A DNA stretch of 64,000 nucleotides from Eledone cirrhosa. Lineage: Eukaryota. The notes under the pieces were generated by a model that saw nothing but the letters and a program-made list of their open reading frames with translations, did not search any database and had not been told where the DNA came from. Positions 14,292-27,085 of this stretch are shown piece by piece; the stretch's first letter is position 1, and each line of letters begins with the position of its first letter. The stretch covers positions 418,810,001 to 418,874,000 of the forward strand of contig OZ024740.1 of the NCBI GenBank assembly GCA_964016885.1, in the 5' to 3' direction. The position numbers and the translations under genes were made by a program.

Positions 14292-15469
14292 CTAGCAGTA
14301 AAGCCCGGCGTTGCTCGGGGTCGCTCAGTAGCTGTGTTAAAGTTACAATGTTAAGTTTCTTTTTTGGCTTAAAAACTGTAGTGTCTACTGTGCAGACTTG
14401 CATGTGGTGTTTTTGATTAATATTCCCTCAACCAACAATATGCCTTATGAAGTTAAGAAAACATAACGATAACCCGAATGTTATAACAAAAGAGGATGCT
14501 GGGGATAAAAACTGCACTGGTTATTTATTAACAAAGATCGAAAATGTAAACACTGCAACGCAGAGAAAAACATTAGCGTAACCAAATTATCAGTTATGTC
14601 TGTCTGCACGCCTATATCACCTCTCTGCACGACTGTCTGTCTGCACGCCTATATCACCTCTCTGCACGACTGTCTGTCTGCACGCCTATATCAACTCTCT
14701 GCACGACTGTCTGTCTGCACGCCTATATCACCTCTCTGCACGACTGTCTGTCTGCACGCCTATATCACCTCTCTGCACGACTGTCTGTCTGCACGACTGT
14801 CTGTCTGCACGCCTAACGAAATTTACAGATACATATATTTTAAATAAACTTATATAATTTTTGCTTTTTTTTACGAAATATTTGCTTGTTTTACGTAGTC
14901 TTTAAATAGACTTGTTTTCAAGTAAAAATATTGTTTTAAAAGGCTTTTAAATGGAAATGAAGCAAAACGGAAGCTTAGTGTTCGAACTGATGAATTTTGC
15001 AGGTCAAAATTTTGCTGGCTCGACAACTGTTCGTGTATTGTGTTAATGTCATTTTAAACGCTGAGAAAGCCAGCGTAAATTTTTTAATTTTTGCCAGCGT
15101 AATTTTTTTAATTTTTGCACGCAGAAAATGTAAACAGAACGTAAGACGCTACGCTGAATGTAAACAGAACAAAGGGAAATCATTTTTTTAATTTTTGCAC
15201 GCAGAAAATGTAAAGAGAACGTAAGACGCTACGCTGAATGTAAACAGAACAAAGGGAAATAACTGATCACTTACGCTCAAAAATCGATACATTATATTCG
15301 ATTTCGTCAGATAGGGCGGGTCAATTTGAAATATTTTTTTTCCGATGTCTTCGCTAGGGCTCAATGTACAAGTATAGCAATTTCGGTGCAATTCCGTGAG
15401 AGATTCTAAGAGGAGATGTGTACCAAAAATCGATAGACAGACAGACAACCTCAGTTTTATATATATAGA
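14292..15469 (-). mobile_element. Non-autonomous Helitron
   Basis: Minus strand begins A|TCTATATATATAAAA and ends with hairpin CCCGAGCAACGCCGGG...CTAG|T; internal ~38-bp tandem array (14598-14815) and a ~78-bp duplication (15105-15260). Confidence 0.8.
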
Positions 15470-15589
15470 TAAATTAGAGGGTGAGCTGGATCAATTGGAG
15501 ACGGTTGCTTCTGACAGGACCCACTGGAAGGAGTGTTTGGTGACTCTGACCCCACGACCCTCTCAGGAAAAAGTGAGAGAAGAAGAAGA

Positions 15590-15649
<60 letters not shown>

Positions 15650-15799
15650 TCTGAGCCAAATTAAAATAGTTGATACTATTTTAATGACTAAAATAAATGA
15701 ATTATATATCAGCTAATTTCTTGCTGAGTAATTATTTATATTGCAATTGTGTTAAGTCATGGATGAAGTCTGTTGTCATTGATTCTACCATCTTGGTGG

Positions 15800-16066
15800 A
15801 GAGATATGGATGGATAGAGAGATAGAGATAGAGAGGGAGATAGAGAGGGAGAGAGAGATAGAGATAGAGAGAAGGAGAGATAGATAGATAGAGAGAGAGA
15901 GGGAGAGAGAGAAATAGATAGAGAGAGAAGATAGATAGATAGAGATAGAGAGAGTTAAATAGGTAGATAGATAGATAGATAGAGAGATAAAGAGAGAGAG
16001 GGAGAGAGAGAGAGAAATAGAGAGAGAGAGAGAGTTAAATAGGTAGATAGATAGAGAGGTAGATAG

Positions 16067-16098
<32 letters not shown>

Positions 16099-16125
16099 CA
16101 GTAAATAGGTAGATAGATAGAGAGG

Positions 16126-16162
<37 letters not shown>

Positions 16163-16189
16163 CAGTAAATAGGTAGATAGATAGAGAGG

Positions 16190-16253
<64 letters not shown>

Positions 16254-16828
16254 AGTAAATAGGTAGATAGATAGATTTCTTTATTAGCCACAAGGGCGCA
16301 ACAAGAAAGGGGACAATACAAAGACATGCCGGGGATTTTACATACAGTCGTGTAAAAAATATAAAAACAAACAATTTCAACAATCGAAATCCCCAATAGG
16401 GGGGAGGCGCCACAAATGGGTTGTTTAATACCCCGTCGATAGAACAACCCTCAACTCAAGGAGCGTGTTGTGCAAGTGCTCCTTTCTTCCTTTTGCTCTC
16501 TTCCTCAACCTACAGGCTTATAAACAGAGAAGGCCCAATCACTCGGGCCATTTTCGCTTCATTCACCCACCTTTCAGTAAATTTACTGGGGTGCAGTGCC
16601 TCTCTCTCCACCCCGATTCTCCTTCTAAAGTGATACTTAAAGAATGGAATCAATTGTTGTCCGGAGAGAAAGGCATCTGTCCTCAGTCCTCTCAACCTCG
16701 TCCACCATATAACTTCTTTCACCATAGCCACCGTACAGAGGAAACCGCCTCTCTTTCGTTTTTGAAAGAGTCTGGCGGTTTGATCCTTACTATGGACTCG
16801 GCAGTAAATAGGTAGATAGATAGAGAGG

Positions 16829-16861
<33 letters not shown>

Positions 16862-16888
16862 CAGTAAATAGGTAGATAGATAGAGAGG

Positions 16889-16921
<33 letters not shown>

Positions 16922-16948
16922 CAGTAAATAGGTAGATAGATAGAGAGG

Positions 16949-16981
<33 letters not shown>

Positions 16982-17005
16982 CAGTAAATAGGTAGATAGA
17001 TAGAA
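15800..17005. repeat. (GA)n/(GATA)n compound array with ~60-bp higher-order units (GCAGTAAATAGGTAGATAGATAGAGAGG...)
   Basis: Direct reading; interrupted by a Tx1 fragment. Confidence 0.9.
16274..16800 (-). mobile_element. 5'-truncated Tx1/L1-clade LINE (3' end), related to the elements at 52273-64000
   Basis: AESIVRIKPPDSF and MAMVKEVIWWTRLRGL...ERWVNEAKMARVIGPSL match the ORF2 C-terminus of 54618-58037; same terminal AATAAAGAAATC; flanked by GCAGTAAATAGGTAGATAGATAGA (possible TSD). Confidence 0.9.
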
Positions 17006-17311
17006 CGAGTGAGGTAGATTTCATTTTAATGTTAATCATTTTGTATTGAACAAGAATTTGATATTACATAGTAGCTTCTATGATGTTTTTTAGCCCTAGG
17101 TCAGTCTTGATCAAGTAGTCATATGATCAACAAACATTCTAGTCAGGACAGTTCTATCTTTCTTTTCTTTTGCAGGCATAATGTATATTGGACAACATTA
17201 TCCAATGTGTCCCTTCCTTTTTAAAATGCTGAGGTGTGATTTGGGGGAGATTTTGTGGATATTTCCCTTGTTGGTTAAAAAATAAAACAAATTGTCATAT
17301 TAGTTAATATA

Positions 17312-17608
17312 ATGGTTTCTGATTTAGGCACAAGGCCAACAATCTTTTTTGGAAGAGGGGGAATCGATTAAATCAATCCCAGTGCATCACTGGTACTTTA
17401 TTTTAGCTAATATAATTGTTTCTACTTTTGGCACAAGGCCAGCAATTATCCCAGTGCATTACTGGTACTTTATTTTATCGACCCTATAAGGATGAAAGAC
17501 AAAGTTAACCTTGGCGGCGGAATTTAAACTCAGAATGGCAAGGGCCATAACTCTATGTTGCAAAGCATGGCGTCCAAACCTCTACCGATACTGCCAATCC
17601 ACCGCCCT
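17312..17608 (-). mobile_element. Two SINE family A copies (partial plus full)
   Basis: Reverse complement of the family A consensus at 17413-17608, with a 3' fragment at 17312-17400. Confidence 0.75.
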
Positions 17609-17689
17609 AATATCATTCTAATATAATGCTAACATTTGTTATTTCTCCAAAAAGTATTCTAGACATAACTATGCTGTCTTTTTGTTTCC

Positions 17690-17945
17690 AGATAGACTGC
17701 CTTGGTTTGGACACGTGATGCGTATGGGTGAAGAAATGCCAGGAAATCCCAGTGTAAGGAAGTCACAGTAGAGGTAGACCAAGAAAGACCTGGGCAGAGT
17801 TTGTGAGATCTTAAATCACTGAGACTTACAGAAATGATGAAGGATCGCGAGGAGTGGAAAGATGCTGTGCTGAGGACCCGTCCAACCCATGCAAGCATGG
17901 AAAAGCAGATGTAAAAATGCTGCTGCTGCTGATGATGATGATGAT
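17690..17945 (+). mobile_element. RTE LINE 3' remnant
   Basis: RLPWFGHVMRMG-like translation, CCCGTCCAACCCATGCAAGCATGG 3' motif, (GAT)n tail. Confidence 0.65.
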
Positions 17946-18591
17946 AGCGTATATAGGATGATATTATTTAATATATTTCTCCCTTTTTAAAACTTTGTAG
18001 GGTGTAATTTAAGGGCGATTCAGCTGCTATTTTTAGGAGGTTGAATGACCACATAGAGATACTCTCATTGGCTTTAAATATATATATATACAAGTTGTTG
18101 TATTAGCTGGTGTAATGCTAACATTTGCTTTTCTACACTTAATAATTATTTTGACCTTTCTTCAATATAAAGTTTAATTCATAGAATATATTTCTAGCTT
18201 TGCTTCAACAACCAGGACAAGGCTAGGAAACAGGAAAACATTTGATTTCAAAAACAACAAAAAAACAAAAGATAGTAATGACATATTTTATCAAAATTAA
18301 TCTACAATTCTGTCAAGTGGACCTATATATAAAATATATACTGTATATCACTTTTATTTTCTAAAAATGTTATTTTTGTTTCTGTTTTTGCTGTTATTGA
18401 AAATTGATTAATTGTATATTCTAAATTTAGAATTTATAAGATATGTTTTATATAAATTATCAAGATTGTCAAAAATAATATTTTGGTTTGAAAATGATTA
18501 ATTGTATTTTAAAATAAAAAGAAATATTTGCAGTCTTTACGTCATATTAATACTTAATTAGTTAATTAATAAATTAATTTATTAAGTCATA

Positions 18592-19010
18592 TTCTTCTTC
18601 TTCGCCCACTTATTCCTGAGAGGGTCGTAGGGGCAGAGTCCTCAAACACTCCTTCCAGTGGGTCCTGCTAGAAGCAACCACCGCCAATTGATCCAGCTGG
18701 ATCCCCGAGCAAGACCAGCTCAGCTCATGATGTTACCCAACCACCTTGCTCAGGGATCTACCCCTGGGTCTCCTGCCAGTTGGTTTTGCCCATAAAATCT
18801 GTCCAGCAATTCTTTCCTGAGATATTCTAATGACATGCCCGTAGCATTGGAGCTGTGATCTCTCAACTCAGAGAAGTAGTGGCTCTACCTGGAGTGACTC
18901 TCTCATCTCCGAGCTATGCACTCTATTGAATAATGTTACTCCAAAGACATTCTGGAGGAACCCCATTTTAGTTGATTGTATTTATGATTACCCAGGATTC
19001 ATGACCATTG
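18592..19010 (-). mobile_element. RTE-like LINE 3' remnant with a (GAA)n tail
   Basis: QLQCYGHVIRI...KPTGRRPRGR-like translation; related fragments at 15470-15593 (+) and 48935-49165 (-). Confidence 0.6.
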
Positions 19011-20295
19011 GTAAGGGTTAGCACGAATACTAAATTGAAGATAAGAAGGACACCAACTAAAATTGATTCAGTAAATCACTGCTACTTATTATAAAGAAGG
19101 GCATAAATCTGACCATGGCACCAGTTAGTTTCAGCTTCTGTTCAGCAAGTCTTTCAGGGTGTACACCCTTGAAAAGGCTTGCTGAGCACAAGCCAAAACT
19201 GCTTGGCATTGCAGTTGGGTTTATACTTCCTCTATACCTACTCTGCTTCTTTCCATGCATTGAGTACTCTCATGATATGTGGTCTCCCCAGTCTCAGTAC
19301 TGCAGACTCTCTATATATATATATGTAACTTATTATATAGACTTCCTACAGATGAAAGGCAACATCAACATTGGTGGAATTGGAAGGAAGAATATGATAC
19401 AAAGGATAAAACTATATATTGTAAGATATTTGGTCTTGCAATCTATGGAGCTGAGTCCAGTGGTTAACAGTTCTGTTTTCCAATCATGTGATTCTACATT
19501 CTATCCCATTAATATTTTAGGTAAGTATCTTCTATCATAGTTTCAGGTTGAGCAAAGATTTAATCCATTGTCTAGTTTAATATCACCACTTGATATTTGG
19601 ATATTAGACTCAATATATGACCTGGTTTAACATAATCTCCTTGACTTTGGATATTAGACTCAATATGTTGCCTAGGTTATCATTACCTCTTAGCCCTTAG
19701 ATATTTGACTCAATTTGTCACCTGGTTTAACATAATCTCCAGGTCCTTGGGTCACAGACTCAATCTGTCACCTGGTTTAATGTCACCACTTAGCCTTTAG
19801 GTGCTTTTAGCAGAGCATCTAGATACAGTTGTTTTTGTTGTTTAGCTCCAAGTCAGCCATGATTGAATAAACCTATGCTCAAAGGTATTTCAGACGAGAC
19901 CATCCAGACACTTTCATATGTGAAAGGAAACTGGAACCACATTGTCTAACATTTCCTTTTCTAAGAGGAGGGAATTTCTCAAGATGTGCCGTGAAGAAGA
20001 TTTAGCTACTATTTCTTGCAAGTTGAGTGACCATGTGAAGGCTCCTTCCTATCTATGTGTACGCCAGTGTTGTGGCTTTCCCCCAAACTCCACCACATCA
20101 TTCTTTTTGCAAATATCCATTTTATTTTGTCTATTAGTGGTTCAATATTTTGAGCCCCCATGACTAATAAAGAAATTATGATTGACAGGTGATTATGGTC
20201 GCCATTGCTAATGCTATCCACCAGTCACAACTGTTAATTTCAAGTTCTCACATATGTAACTCTTAGCTCTGACTCAAAAGAAAACTGTTACTCAC

Positions 20296-20371
20296 AAATA
20301 AACGGGAAAAGAAACTGTAGCAATGTTAGAATATAGAATCCAGGCCGTCCAAACGAAGCTTGTACAACATC
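20296..20371 (-). CDS. SLC38A11: SLC38A11-like exon, DVVQASFGRPGFYILTLLQFLFPFI
   Basis: ttctttctttgaAG acceptor, T|GTGAGT donor, 76 bp, phase 0-1; resembles the FGFPGYLLLSVLQFLYPFI region. Confidence 0.9.
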
Positions 20372-20695
20372 CTTCAAAGAAAGAAAAAATGAAGAAAGAC
20401 AATATGTTAATCTAAATACACAATTAGCAGCAAAATCTAATTACTTCCAAACAAACAAAGATCATTGTTTTCTGGATTAATGCACAAATATGCAGATTAA
20501 TATTGTTAATGAGATCATGACATTTCTAAACTCAGCAAAGAAACTCAATCAATTAGTTGTCAGAGTTGCCATTTTTTTTCTTTAAATTTATTTATTTATT
20601 TAGTTTGACAATATCACAGGTGTAGGATGGTCATGTGATTAACAAGTTTTCTCTGTAACTTCATGATTCTGGGTTCAATCCAACTACACAGCACC

Positions 20696-20924
20696 TTAAC
20701 CCTTTAGCATTTAAACTGGCCATATCCGGCCAGAATTCTCTCACCTCTTTCTGTTCAAACTGACTGTAACTGGCTGCTCATATTAATATTAAGGTATTAT
20801 TCTCAAAATGAATAATATGAAAATCTCATAGATTCGATATTTTGTGAGATAATTATGTGAGGTAAAGCCTTTATCATGAAAATATAATAGTAAATATAGA
20901 GTAATGTAAATGGTAAAGGGTTAA
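20696..20924. mobile_element. piggyBac-type MITE nested in an old SINE
   Basis: TTAA-CCCTTTA...TAAAGGG-TTAA ends; SINE head (GGGTTCAATCC) to the left and SINE body continuing to the right. Confidence 0.65.
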
Positions 20925-21236
20925 ACAAGAGACTTCTACTATAGCTTCTAAAGTCTCAAGTCTGTCTTTTGTCTGAAGCCTCATCAGGCCAGTGCTTATC
21001 TTGGATTCCATGGCGTTGAAGTGACTGAGAGTACAAGACACTCCCCCAGGATACGATGACCAATGCTTATTCCAACCTCCTTCCCCCTTATTCAAGCCAC
21101 ACACACACACACTCAGACCCCCTCCCCACTTATTCACTACCACCCCCTATTATTTGGGACCTGACAGTACTTTGTTATAACGTTACATTATGATTTGAAA
21201 TGTTATTATTTTAATATATTAAACATAACAACCTAC

Positions 21237-21295
21237 TTGGTATGTAGAACCTCCAGATAGTTTGCCACCATCAATTAAAAGCAAAATTGCATAAT
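21237..21295 (-). CDS. SLC38A11: SLC38A11-like exon, (D)YAILLLIDGGKLSGGSTYQ
   Basis: Pyrimidine tract plus tttAG acceptor, CAA|GTAGGT donor, 59 bp, phase 1-0; resembles DFSLVLLIKGGALSGTDTYQ. Confidence 0.9.
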
Positions 21296-21372
21296 CTAAA
21301 AAAGGAAAAAGAAATATATATAGTTTTACATATAAAATGTACACAAACACACACATATACATATTATTATAA

Positions 21373-21405
<33 letters not shown>

Positions 21406-21491
21406 GTAATAATAATAAATTTAAAGACTAAAATCCAAAGAGGGCTCGATAAGGATAAATATATATCAAATATATAAGAACCGTAGAGCAA

Positions 21492-21593
21492 ATATTTATT
21501 AAAATAACAGATTAAAGTTTAAGCAAAGAATCGCTGCTTTCACCCGTTAAGCGATTCTTTGCTTAAACTTTAATCTGTTATTTTAATAAATAT
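21492..21593. repeat. Perfect ~44-bp-stem hairpin
   Basis: ATATTTATTAAAATAACAGATTAAAGTTTAAGCAAAGAATCGCT ... AGCGATTCTTTGCTTAAACTTTAATCTGTTATTTTAATAAATAT. Confidence 0.9.
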
Positions 21594-21771
21594 ATATATA
21601 TATATTTAAATAAACTGTTATCTTTTTAACTTTTCGGACACTCATTTGCATACTCACTCATAACTTTGTATCACCCTCAATAAATATACTATCTCCACTA
21701 TCCAGGAAGCTCCAACCGTTAAGGTTGTTTTTTTTCTGGGTATGTCAATATTTATTTATAAAACAAATCTG

Positions 21772-21837
21772 TATTTTATCTGATGAAAGCGCACCATAAT
21801 TTGCCTTGGTTGCCCTTGAAATATGTATAATAAAATA
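21772..21837 (+). ncRNA. Type-I hammerhead ribozyme (family H1)
   Basis: TATTTTAT-CTGATGA-AAGCGCACCA...TGGTTGCCCTT-GAAA-T-ATGT-A-TA-ATAAAATA: 8-bp stem I, stem II, minimal stem III, AUA cleavage triplet. Confidence 0.75.
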
Positions 21838-22269
21838 AATATGGTTTTATAAATATAGTTTCCATTTATTAATATATTGTGTATTTACTCCACTAATTGT
21901 TGAGTGCTTTATATCAGTTATAAAAATGTTTAAGCTTGTTGAATCCCAACAAATTAAATATAACCTCTGCATATATATATATATAACAAAGGAGTTGTGG
22001 TAAGGAATCAGATGGACCATAATGCACCAGAGTACTCAATACTTAGGGTAGTAGAGTGGGTAATAGGTAATATATATATATATATGTATACAAGTATGTG
22101 TGTGTTTACATATGTGTGTGATTGTGTATTTATATGTGTGTATATGTATACAATACAAACAAATGGATACATGAATAAATATAACGCACATACACATATA
22201 TGTTTGTGTGTGTGTATGTCATCATGGTTTTTACAACTGCCTCTTTATGCTGGCATGGGTTGGATGAGA

Positions 22270-22530
22270 TATTTCCAGGCAGTATTTCCAGGCAATATTT
22301 TCCAGTCAATGTATTCCAAGCAATATTTTCCAGGCAGTATATTCCAAACAATATTTTTCTGGCAGTATTTCCAGACAGTATTTTCCAGGCAATATTTTCT
22401 AGGTAGTATATTCCAGGCAATATTTTCCAGGCAGTATTTTCCAGGCAGTATTTTCCAGGCAATATTTTCCAGGCAATATGTTCCAGGTAGTATATTCCAG
22501 GCAATATTTTTCAGGCAATATTTTCCAGAC
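22270..22530. repeat. ~13-14-bp minisatellite (TTTTCCAGGCARTA)n
   Basis: Direct reading. Confidence 0.85.
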
Positions 22531-23899
22531 AGATGCCCTCCATGATGTCAACATTTACTTATAAATATAAGTTGGAAATGTTAATAAAGTTCTTTAAGTG
22601 GAAATGTTGGATAGAATCGAAGTAAAGTGATTGTCAATTATTGATACAGATCAATAATAGATACATTGGAGAATGTAAACTGTAATAACTTTGCATGAAA
22701 GATTTGGAAGAAGGAAGGGCAATGGAGTATGGGAGGAAGGGTGGGCAATAGAGTGAGGAGAAGGGGGAGGGACAATGGAATGTAGAAGGGGGTGGGGCAA
22801 TGGGCTGTAGAAGGGGGGTATCTATGGCAGTTGATATATGTTGCCAGGCACTGTGAAAACAATTAAGGTCAAAATCCCATTCTAGCTGATTGGGTAGGGT
22901 GGAGAGGGTGGCGTAGGGGGCGGGTGGTGAGGGTGGAGTGGGGGTGGTGGGTGGAGAAGGTGTAGTAGGGGTGATGTGTGGAGAAGGTGGGGTTTGGGGT
23001 CAAAGAGTTTGAACTTTCCAACAATCTGCCAGAACATTGCTCAAGGGACTGGTTAGATAACCATTAAGAATTAAGGTAAGTCGTTCACACATGCACACAT
23101 TCGCTGCTGTCTGTGCATGCTGTCTGTGCATGCTGTCTGTGCATGCTATTACATCTAGACATGCACTTATGTATTATTTGTACATGCATATACACCCACC
23201 CACACACATGTACATACACATAGCACATATACACATGGGGAAGGGGTTCAAGAACTAACTAGGATGAATTAAACTCCCCAAATATTCCATTTAAATTATA
23301 TCTTGTGATAGAGTTACCAATAAAAATCTAAACTATAATAAAGTAAGAAGTGCAGGACTGCGTACGGTTTATAATTTTTTATCCTATTAGTAAAATAAGT
23401 TGGATTACTTTGAATAAACAATGAATAAATATTACATAATTTATCTACTAAATTTTGTGGCTGTTCATTAAATATATTTTGTTTATTTAAAGATTCACTT
23501 CTTCAAAATTTCTGAAATGTCAACACTTCCGTTTGGCCATCGCTTAAATAAACATACTAATTTTCTGTCACTAATTTTTTTTCTCCTAATGCAGTTTATA
23601 TATAATATCGTCTTTTTTAATGTATCGTGGATTACGTTACTGATTAAATAAGACAGTGTAACACAGTCTTCGTTCAATTTCTATGTATTATATATTGTCA
23701 ATTACGATTTCATTTGATCTATCATATCTACATGTATATATACTTGCGTATAATATCAATATACACACTACACATATTAGCAGAAAACCACTAGTTTTAG
23801 AAAACCACTAGTTTCTGCTAGTAGTAGTAGTGATTTCTTTATTAGTCACAAGGGCTTTCACATAGAATACTATAAACATGACAAGCATTCTAAAGTCTG

Positions 23900-24140
23900 T
23901 CTCAGGTCCAGAGACTCATCAGGCTGGTGTTTATCCTGGGTTCTGTGGCATTAGGTGACTGAGAGTACAATACTTCCCCCTGGATATGGCACCAGTCCAT
24001 CGCAGGGTTAAACTCCCAGCTATTACTGGTACTCATTTTCAGTTGAATATACTGGAGCAATGTGAAATAAAAAGTTTTACTCAAGCACACTATCCAGTCC
24101 AGGAATCGAACCCACAACACCCTGACCATTAGGGCACACA
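23900..24140 (-). mobile_element. tRNA-derived SINE, family B-like
   Basis: GGGTTCGATTCC B-box and TTTATTTCACATTGCTCCAGT core shared with 43372-43685. Confidence 0.65.
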
Positions 24141-24719
24141 CCTAGCTTCAGGTCAGTCAAAACCTCATGTTCAGGTGAAACTGTTGGGTAGCTTATTGGA
24201 AGGATTATTCTTGTTCTTAGGTTGTAGATTTAATAACAATCACTTTGGCCCTTGGCTGACATTAATTCCCAGTCCAGGAATTGAACCCACAACATGATGA
24301 TTGTAAGGCCAACACCCTTACCTCTAGGCCATGCACCTCCACATCATAAACATTGAGGCTACAATATATGATTGTGGGACTGGAAAGACAAAGTTATATA
24401 ACCCCCGCCTTACTCTCGTGCCTCACCACTCCCTATCACTGTCCCCCCAGCCCAGCCCTCCCAAGGACACAAGTGTCACAACCCATCTAACCTATACAAG
24501 CAGGGAAAATAGATGTAATATGATGATGATGATGATGATATTTGTATTTGAAGGTCTTGTTAAATATGTGTGTATTTAGATGTGTGTGTGAGTGTGAAAT
24601 TTTGTGTGCAAGAGAGAGTATGTGTATATGTGTGTATGTGTGTGTGTTGTGTGTAAGTGTGCTCGTGTGTGTGCACAAGAGAGAGAGAGAGAGAGAATGC
24701 ATGAGAGTGTGTGTGTGTG

Positions 24720-24756
<37 letters not shown>

Positions 24757-24856
24757 GAGAGAGAGAGAATGCATGAGAGTGTGTGTGTGTGCACAAGAGA
24801 GAGAGAGAGAGAGAGGGTGAGAGAGAGAGAGAATGCATGAGAGTGTGTGTGTGTGC

Positions 24857-24907
<51 letters not shown>

Positions 24908-24954
24908 AGCTAAAGAGTCAACTAATGAGATCCTAGTCAGGTATGACAACTTAC

Positions 24955-25029
24955 CTGAGGCCAGTGCTGCCACTAAGATTATTATTATTCCTAATCCAAT
25001 CCCAGCTCGCTTCAGTGCGTAAGGTACTC
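24955..25029 (-). CDS. SLC38A11: SLC38A11-like exon, (G)VPYALKRAGIGLGIIIILVAALAS
   Basis: ttttatttgtAG acceptor, G|GTAAGT donor, 75 bp, phase 1-1; fits the G(L/V)PY...AG..LG motif of APC/Aa_trans transporters. Confidence 0.9.
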
Positions 25030-25126
25030 CTACAAATAAAACAACAAAATATGCTTCAATTATCTTAAATTATAAACATGGAAAGGTTATATGTAGTTCT
25101 TTATATTAATTCTTGTAGTTGTCACT

Positions 25127-25582
25127 GAGCTGCCACCATGCTAGAGGCTGGAGTTCTACTGAACTACAGCCATGCTGGAGTTCTACTGAACTGCAGCCAT
25201 GCTGGAGTTCTACTGAACTACAGCCATGCTGGAGTTCTACTGAACTACAGCCATGCTGGAGTTCTACTGAACTGCAGCCATGCTGGAGTTCTACTGAACT
25301 ACAACCATGCTGGAGTTCTTCCATGAACTGCCGCCATGCTGGAGTTCTATTGAACTGCAGCCATGTTGGAGTTCTGCTGAACAGCAGCCATGTTGGAGTC
25401 CTGCTGAACAGCTGCCATGCTGGAGTTCTACTGCAGCCATGTTGGAGTTCTGCTGAACAACAGCCATGTTGGAGTTCTGCCCTGAACTGCCACCATGATG
25501 GAGTTTTGCTGAACTGCAACCATGCTGGAGTTCTACTGATCTGCAGCCATGCTGGAGTTCTTCTGAACTGCAGCCATGCTCG
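25127..25582. repeat. 27-bp minisatellite (GCTGGAGTTCTACTGAACTRCAGCCAT)n
   Basis: Gives 9-aa periodic ORFs (WSSTELQPC) in several frames. Confidence 0.92.
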
Positions 25583-25775
25583 AGGCCTTCCCTGAAGCTT
25601 TTCAAGTCACCTTCAGCTTGATTATATCAACCTCACTGCTTTAACAGGTATTTTTTCATTATTCTCATAATATACAAAATGCAAAACAGACATTAAGGGG
25701 GAAAATTCAGCCACTCATAAAAACTTTCGGGAATTTCTATTCTATTCTACCATTTTTCATTCTACAATGATATAA

Positions 25776-25918
<143 letters not shown>

Positions 25919-26122
25919 GGAAAAGAGTCAGGACCCCGACGGCTGAGCTTCGGCCATTTCGACAGATATCTCTGAACTCAGAGTTCGGAGATAGCTGTTG
26001 AAATGGCTGGAGCTCAGCCATCGGGATCCTGACTCTTTTCCTATTACCCACTCTACTACCCATAGTATCAAGTACTTTGGTGCGTTATGGTCCACTTGGT
26101 TCCTTACCACACTTCCTTCGTT
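25919..26122. mobile_element. Hairpin-ended mini-element in (TA)n, same family as 9603-9811
   Basis: 25919-26041 folds back on itself; the tail 26042-26122 closely matches the reverse complement of 9603-9686. Confidence 0.7.
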
Positions 26123-26436
26123 ATATATATATATGTATATGTGTGTGCAGAAAGTTCAGTAAGTTCGAAGAAAACTGGTGGGAGAACCAAAGTCAGCACT
26201 TGATGCAGAACAGAGTGTATATATTAATAACAAAGTGGAGTTGTTACATAAGAGATTTATTGCTCAATCCTGATTACAAATGTTTCTCAAGCAGCTGGCT
26301 TGTGATCTAGTTATAACAGCTTTTTCTTGTAATTCTCGTGATAAGTGTGTTCATTGAATTCTAAGCCCATGTTTGGTCATTCTATATGCTTGTTTGTGTC
26401 TTTACTGGTTCGCCCACAGATTTTGTTGTGTTAACA

Positions 26437-26524
26437 CAGGTCTGAGGATCAGGCAGTCTTGGAGTCTGGTCTGGGGTAGCAACCCAGATCACAAGCCAGT
26501 TGCTTGAGAAACATTTGTAACCAG
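26437..26524 (+). ncRNA. Type-I hammerhead ribozyme with a long stem II, inside an inverted-repeat element (26221-26575)
   Basis: GGT-CTGAGGA-TCAGGCAG...TGGTCTGGG-GTAGCAA-CCCAGATCA...TTGCTTGA-GAAA-C-ATTT-G-TA-ACC. Confidence 0.7.
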
Positions 26525-26837
26525 GATTGAGTAATAAATCTCCTATGTAACATCTCCACTTTGTTCTTATCATATATATATATCATTTCATCATTTCATT
26601 TCATTTTACGTCCGCTTTTTCCCTGCTTGCAAGGGTGGGACGGGGACTGATTCTGGCTTGATTTCTAAAGCTGGATGCCGTTCCTAACACCAACCTATAT
26701 ATATATAACCAAAGATTAATATGGTTCGTTGATTATTCAACGAATACAATTTTACAATAGATTAGAAGCACTCGACAAGATTTTCCTGGAGTATTTAATA
26801 TTATTCAACCGTAGCGATATGTCACATATCAAATCTT

Positions 26838-26902
26838 ATATTTTGTCTGAAGAAAATGTACTTAAACAACATTGTACCTTTGAAATATGTATAATAAAAT
26901 AT
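26838..26902 (+). ncRNA. Type-I hammerhead ribozyme
   Basis: ATATTTTGT-CTGAAGA-AAATGTAC...GTACCTTT-GAAA-T-ATGT-A-TA-ATAAAATAT. Confidence 0.72.
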
Positions 26903-26940
26903 ATATTTTGATTATGAGAATATTTTTTATTAACATTTTG

Positions 26941-26986
<46 letters not shown>

Positions 26987-27030
26987 AAGTTAAATAAAAG
27001 TCAAATGATTAAAATTTAGCTTCGTTTATT

Positions 27031-27085
27031 ACTGCTATATATATTTCAGTGACAGCCATCTTTGGCTGTGACCTCTTCAGGCAGT
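27031..27085 (-). ncRNA. Type-I hammerhead ribozyme (family H2)
   Basis: Minus strand: ACTGC-CTGAAGA-GGTCACAGCCA-AAGA-TGGCTGTCACT-GAAA-T-ATAT-A-TA-GCAGT; second copy at 44706-44760. Confidence 0.78.

Noticed and set aside
22890-23000. G-rich tract with G-quadruplex potential
   Set aside because: Irregular G-runs in decayed repeat-like DNA; nothing supports a function.
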